DNA of 55,092 bases from Chromera velia. Its lineage: Eukaryota. The stretch lies in contig JAHBMJ010000145.1 of the NCBI GenBank assembly GCA_018398765.1, positions 1 to 55,092 on the forward strand, written 5' to 3'. Of the stretch, positions 23,771 to 35,016 are shown one piece after another. Position 1 is the stretch's first letter. Every line of letters begins with the position of its first letter. The notes under the pieces are model-generated. The model saw nothing but the letters and a program-made list of their open reading frames with translations, did not search any database and was not told the DNA's origin. The position numbers were made by a program, and so were the translations under genes.

Positions 23771-25822
23771 GTGCTATACATGGAACATGTGCATGCTTCT
23801 GCATCTGCGCATGCATGCTTTGCGCGCGAACGGACGCACTGAAATGCATGCCCCCGCTAAACCCGCGCCGCGGCGGAATCACTTTCGTCAGCGATGCATA
23901 TGCAGTGAGAGAGGCAATGCATATCCCAGCGGTAAGCGCAGTGAGAGAGAGCTAGACTCAGCGACACAATGATATAACCAGCGGTGCATGAGCACAGTGA
24001 GACAGCGTTGAATAGTATTGCATCATTTGTATATGCATGTGGTCTCAGGGTAGATATATACTCACAGATACTTGGAAGAAACCATGCATAATATGCAATC
24101 TAAGTAGAACCTATTACTATTATAGACTAGCTAAGACTAGCTAGTATTAAACATAGAGTAAAACTCATACTGAATCATGTAGCGAAACATCAAAACTGTA
24201 TTAATTTATTTATTTATTAATATTTATTATCTTAATTATGATTATTATATCACTGAAAAGCTGTCTAATACCATCATGAACAAATATGAATAAATTAAAG
24301 ATGGTGACCGTAACGGCGTAAGCTGATCAATCACTCGAATAATTGACATTATAAAACGATGAATAACAATTCTGCTAGCAATTCTGTTGCAATTGCTAAT
24401 CGGCCGTCTAGTCGGCCGTACGTAATGCATGCGACGGTGTTAGCCTTGGCGCTTTCTGTATTAAATGCTAAAACTTAGTAATATACCTGTAATTTTTTGA
24501 TTTATTTTCACGCCCTCGGCCGGGTTCGTACAGCAGATCGTTCTGAGGCTCAAAACATTGAGGGATGAACAATTAAACAACAATCACCTTCTGATCTAAA
24601 TGTACGGAGATCGATATGTCGATTAAGAAGACGCAATGCCTGCTTGAATCGGATTGAATCCTGCATGGCCATTGCCCCCTAGATTGCCCCTCACGCATTC
24701 CTTCTACTTCTTGTGAACGGACTCTATGCATAACCTTTGCTGTCTCCATGTAATCCTCCCATCTCTCTGCCATATCGCGTCTTGTCAGTGCTGTCACCTC
24801 ATTTCAGAATCCGGATCACAAGGAAGGCTTCATACAGACCAGAGTGATCAAGAATAACAAAGAATGAGGCTTCGATCCTGGTAGAGAACAGAAAAGCCTT
24901 TCTGCACGCAATTCTACTTTATAGACCTCTCTGAGCGCCCTTGAAAGAGACCTATAGTCAGTCAGAAGGGCATGCTTGAAAGAAAAGGAAAGACCCCCCA
25001 GCAGCCAAAAAGAAAAAACAGAAGGACACGGAGAACAAAAAAAAAGTCAGAGGATGCCACCTGGTATCTGGGAGCTCTTCTCCTTCTTTCAACCCCCCTT
25101 TAACTCTCCAATTCGCTTTTGGATTTTTCTTGTTTGTACTTACTTTTTTCTCTTTCAGAGAGCCCCCCCTTTCTCACCCCCCCCCGGTCTTCCCGCCCCC
25201 AAAGAAACACAGACAAAAAAGAGGGTCTTCTACTGGATTGATTGTTTCTGCTTGGCGGGGTTATTTTTCTCGTCTGTGTATGCGCTGGAAGTGTATAGAC
25301 GAGAAGAGAAGAAACAAAAACCTGTCTTACTTCAAGGACCCACGCTCTGACCACATGTCGGACAGCAGTGCACGCAAGTCCCCATTGCAGCAACACTTAA
25401 AGAAAAACTCTCATGTAAACCCCTCCCTTCCTGCCTCCGAAGAGTCCCTCAAAAAAAAAATAACCGCAAATGCCACTGCATTCCTTAGAAGACAGATGAA
25501 AACAAATCACACCGGCATCCTCTCATCATCTCTCATCTAAAGGAACGAAATGAAAGTACATTATATAGTGCTAGTGGCAGCTAGTCATAGTGATATAGCT
25601 AGAACCTAGTAAACTTGAAAATCAATATTATGATGATTATTAAATATTGAATAACAAACCAAATAACTATTTTTTAAATTAATGTAAATAGTATTATTAT
25701 GTACGTAGCTATAGAATTAATTTTTGAATTTGATAATTTTGATTTCCATTTTATGTTTTCATGGAATCCATCATTGGAATTTATACTTCTCAACTTGGGA
25801 ATCTCAAGTTTGAACTAGCTTT

Positions 25823-27928
25823 TCAAAGGGGGGTCGATTGTAAGTCTGTTTCTTGCGCGACGTACAGCAGTGTGGCGAGTGCAGGAAGATGCATCCCCAG
25901 TCCTGCAAGCTCCAGTTCTCGCAAGAGCTCGAGCGCTTCTCCTTTCAACACCTTCGATGCAAGTCCGGGGGACCACTCCTCCATCCACACACAGAACCTT
26001 TCCAGGCCGTGCAAAACATACGCAGCCTCTCGCAAGAACTCATGAAAGCCTCCCAACGCACGCCAAGTCTCCAGAGGGTCCCGGCGGAACCTCGCAACCA
26101 CTGAGAGCAATCCGGCACGAGCGTCCTCCTTCGTTCTCTCCAACGAAACCCCCTTCTGCAACAACCACTCTGTCACCTCCTCCCCCCCCCCACGCGCCAA
26201 CCACGGCACAAGTCCCCACACGCCCCTCCGCAATGCCCTCCGACACGAGAACAACGACTCCGCCCCCGTCTCCCCAACCACGGCCCTCACATGCTCTCCA
26301 ACCACTTCCCGAAGTTCATCGGGGGGATCAGGAGGATCTCCAAGACGCCTCTCTCCTAAGTGACGGGACACACTCACCTCGAATGCTGCCATCTGAGGCG
26401 GCACCTGCACACACCCCTCTGGTACAGAAGGACAGGGGGGTTGCTGCACCTCTCGCAACCACCTCAGCGCATCCCACCGACGCGCTCTCCTGGCAGCTGC
26501 ACACACACCGACAGATCCGGGGGACCGCCCCGTCTCGGCCCACACGAAGTTCAACACCCCCACGTCCCCCCTCCTGGCGGCAATCAGACGAATCTCAGGG
26601 GGGTACCACGGACACACAGAAGCAGAGGCAGCGTCAGAGACGGAGGCAGGGGCAGTATCAAACTCTGGGCTGTCAGAGAAGGTCCCAAGTCGAAGACATT
26701 TGAGGGTGCGGAGGTGCCCCCCCCTCGCTGCAGCGGCGCAGACTGACTCGTCCCACGCAAATGGGGGCTCATGAGATCGGAGAAGTCGCAGGACATCCAA
26801 ACGACCCAAAAAGGCCGCATCTCTCATTACTCTGCTCTCTGATTCAATGGCTTCCAGTAGTTTCCTCTGAAGAGGAGGAGGCGCCTGTGCGTCTCTTCCT
26901 CCTTCTGCGGCATCATTCTCAGCCACACTTTCACTCCCCCCCTCCCCCGTCTCATCAGGACCACTATCTGGAGTCTCACTGTCCTCCCATACCCTCGGGG
27001 ACGTCTGCTGGGAGTGTGTCACATCAGCAGCTTCATTCTGTCTGCGCGCACAGCGAGAGAACCATTGCACGACCCTCCCGAACTCCTCGGGTCTCCTTCC
27101 CCTCACTGCCGCTGCAATCAAACACATTCCAAACCTTACCGTCTCCTCATCTGTACGCACACTTACGTGCCCAGCTTCTCCAGGGAAAGCACTCCCCTCC
27201 AGTCCCCCATAATCCCCCTCTAGCACCTGAACAATCAGGCGCTCCTCTTCAAACGTCATCAAACGGCCGTCTCCGTCATCAAGACGAAGGCGGTGCGGGT
27301 GCACATCACTGATCAGACACCGGGGACGAGAGCTGACGTCCTTGGGAGGGTACAGGCTGTTCACAGGCACGCGCCAACCCCCTGTGCGGCTTTGCAGCCA
27401 GCGCAGCACGTCTGTTTGACCAGCACAGGCGGCGGCGGAAGCGAGTGCCGCGATGAACATCTCCTTTCCTGCGCGTTCGTTTGTGATCAGATCTTCTAAG
27501 TGATCCAGAAGCGACACACAACCTCCTTCTACTGCACCTCTGATAACATCCGCAGAATTCAACACCAGCTTCAAACGGGTGACGAGATCCATATCTCGAT
27601 TCTCGGACACAAGTTGGAAGTTCTCATCTGTACGGGACACCTCCAGCACCACACCGTGCATACAGAGCTTTGCGGACATGAAGAGAAATTTGCTCGGAGA
27701 CGGACAACCAGCGAATGCGAGGAGCCATCGGACCATCCCAACTGAGGAAGAGCTGTCGATCTCTTCTGACAGCTTGAGTCTGCATGACTTGGAGACTTTT
27801 GACACCGTCTCGTTGGCTGTCCTGCACACACACCGAATCTTAGAAGACCCCACAGCAGTGCAGTACTGGATGAGACACGGCCCGACGATTTCGAGCGCGT
27901 CTTCAAACAGAGAAGTGCTCATTGACAC
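25823..27928 (-). CDS. Intronless ankyrin-like repeat protein (701 aa), possible degenerate F-box-like N-terminus
   Basis: Repeats AAACAGQTDVLRWL, AAFLGRLDVLRLLR, WDESVCAAAARGGHLRTLKCLR, AARRGDVGVLNFV and CAAARRARRWDALRWLR...PPCP match the 'cpWd..tc..AA.gGhle.Lkwlr' ankyrin-like type of algae and giant viruses. Confidence 0.85.
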   Translation of the reverse strand: MSMSTSLFEDALEIVGPCLIQYCTAVGSSKIRCVCRTANETVSKVSKSCRLKLSEEIDSSSSVGMVRWLLAFAGCPSPSKFLFMSAKLCMHGVVLEVSRTDENFQLVSENRDMDLVTRLKLVLNSADVIRGAVEGGCVSLLDHLEDLITNERAGKEMFIAALASAAACAGQTDVLRWLQSRTGGWRVPVNSLYPPKDVSSRPRCLISDVHPHRLRLDDGDGRLMTFEEERLIVQVLEGDYGGLEGSAFPGEAGHVSVRTDEETVRFGMCLIAAAVRGRRPEEFGRVVQWFSRCARRQNEAADVTHSQQTSPRVWEDSETPDSGPDETGEGGSESVAENDAAEGGRDAQAPPPLQRKLLEAIESESRVMRDAAFLGRLDVLRLLRSHEPPFAWDESVCAAAARGGHLRTLKCLRLGTFSDSPEFDTAPASVSDAASASVCPWYPPEIRLIAARRGDVGVLNFVWAETGRSPGSVGVCAAARRARRWDALRWLREVQQPPCPSVPEGCVQVPPQMAAFEVSVSRHLGERRLGDPPDPPDELREVVGEHVRAVVGETGAESLFSCRRALRRGVWGLVPWLARGGGEEVTEWLLQKGVSLERTKEDARAGLLSVVARFRRDPLETWRALGGFHEFLREAAYVLHGLERFCVWMEEWSPGLASKVLKGEALELLRELELAGLGMHLPALATLLYVAQETDLQSTPL

Positions 27929-28526
27929 TCACAGCAAAGATAGCGGCAGAAGCAAATTTGCAAGGGAAAGTCAGTGTGTTGTCAGTCGATACTCAGCAGT
28001 CAGGAGTGCCCGAAACATCCGCAAGACATATCAGGCGTGGCAGCAAAATGATGACCGGATATGGACCCAAATGATTGAATGAGCACATTCTTTCGTGTGC
28101 GGCTGCAGCTGCTCAGACTTAGAGCATCAAACAGCCTCGAAGATCGATCAGCAAAGAGTCGAAGTTTAGCAAAGAGACGGCATTGTCACGGCAAAGATCG
28201 GCAAAGATTATAATTGGCGCATATTGGCGTGCCGGGGCCACTTGGCCCGCGAAAGCGAATTCAGGGACACCGTTATATATAGCTTTCCGGGGCCATTTTC
28301 ACGGTCTGTCACACAATCCAAATCGCTTTACGGGAAACTCGCATGAAGTTGGAGGGGAGGTCCCATTTAAAGTACGTGCCCCCCAAACACCGGAAGTGAA
28401 GAGACAAGAGACGGGCCGGCTACGAAGAGGAGACGGCTCAGATGTTCTTCCCCAACCTCCCCGACTGCCATTCATCCGTCTCTCTGCCTCTTCAGTGCTG
28501 TAGATCTCTCATTCCGTGGAGTCAAC

Positions 28527-31500
28527 ATGATGCAGAGGCGTGTGCTTGCCCTGCTTTTCTGTCTGGTCTGCAGTTTGGATGTGGCCATCTGCTTTGTGGC
28601 CCCTCCCCGCCTTCCCAATGCCCAAAGCAGGCAGGTGGGGACGCACACTGCCGTGGCTGCGAGCAGTGTAGACGAACGAAGATTTCTGCAACGGAACGAA
28701 GGGAGATTCCGTAAGCAGATCGCACGACGGCTGTCTATTCCAGAGGCGGCTGTGGAAGTAAATGGAGTGATGGGGTTGGGAGACGGGCAAGCACGTGTGG
28801 AGTTCGACGTGTTGATTCCCAATTGGGAGGACGATGACCGTCTGGCCAAGGCAGTAGAGGAGGAGAGAAAGAGAACGATTTACCTGCCTATGGACCAATC
28901 GCTCCGTCGGAAAGGGGCCAACAGACTGGAGATCTTGACAGAGAAGGCTTTGAAGAAACAGAAAAAGGAGGATGCAGAATTGAGGCGCAAGTGGAAGGAG
29001 GAGGAGGAGAGAAAGGAGGAAGAAGGGGACCGGTCGAATGCCTTCATCAATTCTCTTCCCATATCCAGCTCCCTGCGTGGAAAGCTTGCCGAGGAGGTCA
29101 TCTTCCCATTTCGGCGCGTGCGTCAAATCATCCTCCTGATCGGTCAGTCAGTCAGAGACTCAATCAGTGACTTTTCAGTCACGACCAACCGTCAAACCTG
29201 CACTCTGATTGTTCTTTGTTTTTGCAGGGCTGGTCGGAGGTCTCTCTCTCCTGGCCCTGCAGAGCTACGGTGCTTTCCTGGTGTTCACCAACCAGATGCC
29301 GACTGAGGAAGTGTCCGGGGAAGCCGCGTCGTCCTCAGGGGAGGTCTTCAAAGCCGCAGTGCAGGGGGCAGCGTTGACAGGATCAGACACGGGATACGCG
29401 AATGCCCTGACCGAACAGGCAGCAGGAGAATTCGTGAAGGATCTGATCTATGGGGCAAAGGACAAATTTTCGGCGGTTCGGAATGTGATTGTGGATTTGT
29501 TGGTGGCGGGCTTCAGCTTTCGGTGGCTGGGGGAGGAAACTGGAGCGCAAAGCGTTGCAAAGAGAGCGTCAGTTGGAACAGTTCGCTTTTCTTGTTGTGC
29601 TTGGTAGCTCTTGCTTCGTTTGGTGTTGATGTCTTTCTCCTTTCGTTCTCTTTTCTTCAGGTGACTGCATCTGTTGGAAGAAATCTTCTCCTGTGTCCAT
29701 TACGTAAATTTTTTCTACAAACTGTGACATTCTGTGCGGTTTATTCTTTAAAGAACTGTCCACGCTGTTCAATGGTTGCGCGTGAACTGGAGAGGCCACG
29801 GCCGAAAAAGGGGGGGGGGCAGAAGAAACTGGAGAAGGGTTGACATGACAGCGCCTTTCTTAGAGCCAAAAAATCGATTACTTCTTTTTTTCCTGAGCAT
29901 GGTCCACAATCTGCGTGTGCAGGCTGAAGAGAGTGATCAAGTCTGCGGAAGGAAAAGTGGACGCTGAGGCGCAAAAGGAAAGAGAGGCGACGTTGCGGAA
30001 GACGAAGCTTCGACTCGTCGGGTTGGTCCCCCAAGACGCTCCTCTGAAGAGCGCCAAGAGGTTCAAAGTCTCTGACCTCCAGGACGCAGGGAAGCAGCAC
30101 ATCCTGGCAGTAGCAGGACCGGACGCGTTCATCGATCGGGTTCTGTTGGAACTGCAGAGGAAGGGCGTGGGGAGGGTTCTGCAGGGAAGGGGCGTGCTCG
30201 TTGTGCCTGGTTAGTCAGTCACANGGGGGGGGGGGGGGGAGTTTTTCGTATGTCGCTTTGCATCTTTTGCAACATCGGTATTTGACAGCTGCCCCGTTCA
30301 TTTAGCGTCGCAGGGGTATCGCATGCTCTAGGGGGGTTTCCATCTGCCTGGTCCCTCCGAATTTTGCTGTCCGGGTTTGTATGTGCGGAATTGGATCGAT
30401 CGATAGACCTGGTTAGATATGAAAAAATAGCGATGTTTCTGCGTGAGTGAATTGAAACGGCAAAAGAAACACGGCATGCATGCAGACACCAAACCTCTAG
30501 CAAGAGAGTGCATAGAAAAAAATTGACCGAAAGACCGGAGAAAGATACTGACACTCAGTTTCACATCAAACCGGCCAACCAGCCACCGTGGTGAATCGAT
30601 CTGACACTTAACTGCAGTTCCCACTCGTGAGAAGGACGTCGTGAGGGAGGAGGAACGTCAGAAGGATGGGTACTTTGGGGGATTTGACGCGAAAGCGACG
30701 GGCAGGGCGATGGCGCAGGGGGGAAATGATGCGTTGGAGATGATGGAGAAGAGGAGGTTGCGCGAATTCAAACCATCATGGAGGACGAGCAGGTCGGCGG
30801 GCTGCACAGTAGTCTTCTCTCTCTCTGTGTGTGTGTGTGTGTGTGTGTGTGTTGATGGCCAAGCTCTCTCTTCTCTCTCTTTTTTGTAGTCTCCATCCCT
30901 CCCGCCGTCCCCCTTTCTTCGCTTCCTCAACGCTGACGGAGCTGCGCAGTAGAATGCTGTGTGTATCAGCATGCATTCGTTGAAATCTGCGTTAGGAAGT
31001 TTGTAGATCCCTCCAGAAACGCTTCGGAGGGCTGTTGGAAAACTTGGTGTTGGCGATTGGTGGCTTCTTTCCTGTCCTGTAGTGTTTTGAAGCGCCCTCT
31101 GCTTTTGGATCTTGGCAGGCTCAGTTTTCCGTATATGTGAGTGTGAGAGGCTATCTGTCCCTGCTTTGTTGTGTGCGTTCTTTCCGTGTCTGTCGTGTCC
31201 GCATGCAGATATGTTGCAGACCCCGCACGCTTAAAACCGTGGAGGGAAGTGATGCGCGCAGAAATGATTGGTCAGTTACATTTGCTTCCTGCCTGGTTGT
31301 GGACACAGACAGGGGAGGTGCTTGAAAGAAATTCGTCTTTTTCTCCTTTTCTTGTGCCTCTGCGTTTGACTTTGTTCCATGCTTTTGTGCAAAGTTAACT
31401 CAAACTCTCTTTTGTCCCCCCTCCCTGATTTTCTTCAGATGCCGAAAGGCAAGGCAATGAAAAAGCGCCCGAGGGAATCATTGTGGGAGTTCGCAACACA

Positions 31501-31719
31501 GGCACGATTGTGTTCAGAGGGGTTGGGGACCCCGACTGGGCGTCAGTTGTGGAGGCCGTGATTGGAAGTGAAGAACTCGAAAAGGAGGCAGAGGAGAGGG
31601 AACGAGGGGAGGTAAAGGCGCCCAAGGGACTGGACATCCAGCTGTTCCTGGATCAGATTGAACAAGCGAAAAAGACTGCCGCGGAAATTGCAGAGGACGA
31701 CGAAGAGCGAGTTTGGTGA
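28527..31719 (+). CDS. LPA1 (low PSII accumulation 1)/DUF3493-like plastid-targeted protein; exons 28527-29142, 29228-29567, 29923-30209, 30618-30792, 31209-31270, 31439-31719
   Basis: Signal peptide ending AIC-FVAP (bipartite plastid leader). KLAEEVIFPFRRVRQIILL resembles DUF3493. Two hydrophobic helices. HILAVAG...RGVLVVPV and GVRNTGTIVFRGVGDPDW resemble the LPA1 C-terminal domain. All five introns are GT-AG and phase-consistent. Confidence 0.75.
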
Positions 31720-31989
31720 GCTGCAGTGCCAACGCACTGGCATACAGGAGGTCCGGACTCATGAGAGCCTTAGCTCTCACCAGATTGTGGGACATTGAGT
31801 GGCCAGCGATGTATCTGCGTGTCGGTGGAGTAGTAGCCGATGCTGAATTGATTGAACCGTCGGAGAGCAGTAGATACGAAAATGGATAGTCGCAGCAGTT
31901 CTTGTAGTAGTTTACGAAGTGTGGCCCTACACACTGTGTGGCTAGCTGTGTGGCTTCCTAGGTGACTTCTATGCTAGTCCATCCTGTCT

Positions 31990-32950
31990 ATGATATGTGA
32001 AGCTCCAACCTGCCCAACAGTTTCATACATTTTCACCATGGTTTTTGAAAATATATATACAAAAGCAATGACTCAAATTCTTAAAATATATATATGTTAA
32101 TAAAATTGAAGCACTGTAATTTGGACTGTAATGCGTAGTGTGTTATTTATTTCAAAGCTGTGATTCAACCTGTAGTAGAGATAAGAGTCATATCATCATC
32201 ATAAGACTAGAGACAAGATTTATATTCCGGCTAGTGTTCTGGGTTTCCAATTCCGCCAGCGCGTTGATTTTGGCAAGGTTTACTGATGATAACTGATGTC
32301 GTTGATGATAATAGTGAAACGGCTTACCCCGGTAGCCATCGTAACCGAATTATAATGATAATTTATTAATTGGCGAAGCGTAGTCTTTCTAACATACATG
32401 CATCGTTCGCATAATCTAGACTTACAGAACGGTAATTAAAAAAAAATCTATAGGGCGACAACTTAGTCTTATCTAGTCTTATCTCTAGTCTTATCTCGTT
32501 TAGTAAGTAATAGTAACCAATGATGACCAGTTTAACTGAGAGTCTAGATAGCTAGTACTATAGCATTACAGTAATTTTCCGCGTTTTTTGCGGTCCTATT
32601 ATCTTTCCGCCCCTGCATATACGTACATTAATTGAACAAGCTAAATTAAAATATATAAATGGTTATTTTTTTATAAAAACATGTTAGAAATCATGGTTAA
32701 AACTTTAAAAATGGTTTTTAACCCACTACCTTTACAATGAAAGGTTGACTTAAATTTTATTCTACATTTCATTTTTTAAAAAAATGTAAAAAAGGTTAAT
32801 TAATTTCTAGAACATTTTCTAGAAAATTTTATAATTTCGATTTCGTACAATTTGGAGATTTGTTTAATGATTTGAAAACTGTAAAGACAGCATTAAAACT
32901 TCAAAGTTACGCTAATTCAGTCTCAAACCCAGGTTAGAATTTGCCGGCCT
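31990..32950. other. AT-rich intergenic block with a short (TAGTCTTATC[TC]) x3 repeat at about 32464-32497
   Basis: Low GC and TpA-rich; lies between the convergent LPA1-like and coiled-coil genes. Confidence 0.8.
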
Positions 32951-33211
32951 CACTTAGGGCAAAATATACTTCGGATTGTGGGCCAATTTGTGGCTTATGA
33001 TTGATGCAGTCTGAAACGGTATTTCAATGCTTCACATCATGTGCACAGGAAAAGGTTGCTCTGGCATGGCGCTTCCCCCCACTCGCTGCTTCAATCCACT
33101 CGTTGTGCCAGGTGTTCGATCGGCCGACGAGTGTCTGAGACGAAGAGCACGCTCCGCATCCAATCATTCGATAACGCAGAGCAGACGAGCCCGGCACGGC
33201 AACGAAGGCGT

Positions 33212-34010
33212 TTAGAAGGCCTCGGCCTCCCTGTAGAGCCTGTTGAGGGCGACCTTCATGTGCTCCTTGAATCTCTCCTGCGAGAGCATAGGATTGGAAG
33301 AGTGAAAGCAGCTTTGGTGCCATTTCAAAAATAGAGGCAGCTGCGTAACCTTCTTCAGTGAAAGCAGGCAGCTGCGTACCTTCTCCTCCTGTGAAGAGGC
33401 GGCGTTGTCGATTTTCTTCATGAAGGCAGACTTGATCACCTCAGTTTCCGACTCCATCGCTTGTTCTGCAGAATTGAGAAATCAAACAAGCTTGAGGCTG
33501 CGCGGAACTGCCTTGACGTCTTTTGAGCCGGACTCGAAAAGCCTCTTCCAGTTTGGACCATCGCATTTCGAACCCACCGATGTAACCCACCGATGTCGTG
33601 AACTTCAGTCGAATGCTGAGTGAGGAGAGAGTCGAGCTCCTTGTTCGTTTCCTCAGTCAGTCTATCGACCTCGTAAAAGATCTGGTCATAGGCCGAGAGG
33701 AGCTCTTTGATGGTGCGGACACTGGTGTTGACCTTGTCGATGTTGGTGCGGACATTGCAGGCTGCGGTCTCCTGCTGTTTCTTTGCTTTCTCACGAAGCG
33801 CAGCAACGGTCTGGCTGGTTTCGTGCAAAAGACGCTCCCGAGTTTTGGAGGCAACTGCAAGGCAGCGGAAGACTTTTGATCCCGCTGAAACTTGCGGCAG
33901 ACCCAGGGTACACTGCGTCACTGACTTTTGTTAGCGGCCTCTTTCTGGTGCTTCTTGCTCTTCTCGACGTGCTTGGCAAAGCTCGTGAGGAGTTGACCGA
34001 ATTCGTCCAT
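33212..34010 (-). CDS. Hypothetical helical/coiled-coil protein, 176 aa; exons 33926-34010, 33591-33884, 33380-33465, 33212-33277
   Basis: Three GT-AG introns (41, 125 and 102 nt) give a 531-nt open frame: MDEFGQLLTSFAKHVEK...STEVHDIEQAMESETEVIKSAFMKKID...EEKERFKEHMKVALNRLYREAEAF*. Confidence 0.75.
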
Positions 34011-34254
34011 CCTTGTTCGGGTCTTTTCTCTGTCAAACGAAGATCGAAGGGCTTCAGTGCAGTCAGACAGTCTCACGATCGAGTCGGTGCGCTGCTAAAA
34101 TTGAAATGAATGGCTGCAATCAGAGTCAATCGATCGATGTGCCGATTGGATCTCTGCAGTGATCGAGTTTGCGAATGAATTGGAGGGCGATTGAGTTTCG
34201 ATGCTGCCACCAGTTTGGGAAATGAAACTCCTTAGTGGAAGTGTACACGTGTTT

Positions 34255-34323
34255 TCTGTATTGATATCGATATTTAACGAATCAATGTATACATCAATAT
34301 CGATGTATCGATATCAATACAGA
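34255..34323. repeat. Perfect 18-bp inverted repeat with a 33-nt spacer
   Basis: tctgtattgatatcgata (34255-34272) is the exact reverse complement of tatcgatatcaatacaga (34306-34323). Confidence 0.9.
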
Positions 34324-35016
34324 GAGCCTGTTTGACATTCGGAAACGACCTCTTTTCCATTAGCCCAACCAAAGCGTGTTGCAGACTTGATGATATATAC
34401 AGCCTTTCGAGCAGTCTTTGAAAGAACGTGGTGGTCTGAGATTAAGGCAAGCGATGTGTCGGACTGCCATGTATGAATATCGATCATGTGTTCGTCGACG
34501 TTCTGACCTGTTACATATATATATATATATATATATATGTAAGAGTGAGTATAATGCAACCGTTGCAACGTACTTCTAATTGGGAACAAAACTGTTGCAA
34601 ACAACCCATGTTGCAAACAACACGCGTAGCAACACGCGCACGCTTCGTGCAACACCATGCAGTGTCGGCCAAGCTGTATACGTACGAGCATATATATATA
34701 CTGCTCCTGTTCACCAGCAGGGATCGAGTCACAGCGGAAGTGTCTGTAAATTGCAAAACTGGTGGTGTATATATATGCGAGCGTCATCGAACTCCTCTTC
34801 ATGTGTCCTTGCAGCCTCACCTTGAGACACTTCATCAACTGTCTTCGGAATACAACTACTGTCAAATGGGCACGTGCGCCGCCTTGTTTGACACACAACT
34901 CCTGTCCTCTAGCTCACACCTTCCTTCTTAGAAGGGCTTAGTCCACTGAGATCGCGGCTGCGACAAAGAGCAAAGCTGCAGCTTGTTACGGACCCTTACT
35001 TATTCGGCAGACTGCG

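Noticed and set aside
24530..24900. Protein-like patches on the minus strand (ERWEDYMETAKVMHR; QDSIRFKQALRLL)
   Set aside because: They are in different frames with multiple stops; possibly a relic, but not supportable.
30224..30239. Poly-G tracts here and at 39630-39650 and 42398-42446 as G-quadruplex elements
   Set aside because: Two of the three adjoin Ns, so their lengths are unreliable sequencing or assembly features.
33571..33596. 13-bp duplication as a frameshifting lesion making a pseudogene
   Set aside because: A canonical GT-AG intron (33466-33590) removes the extra copy and restores the frame.
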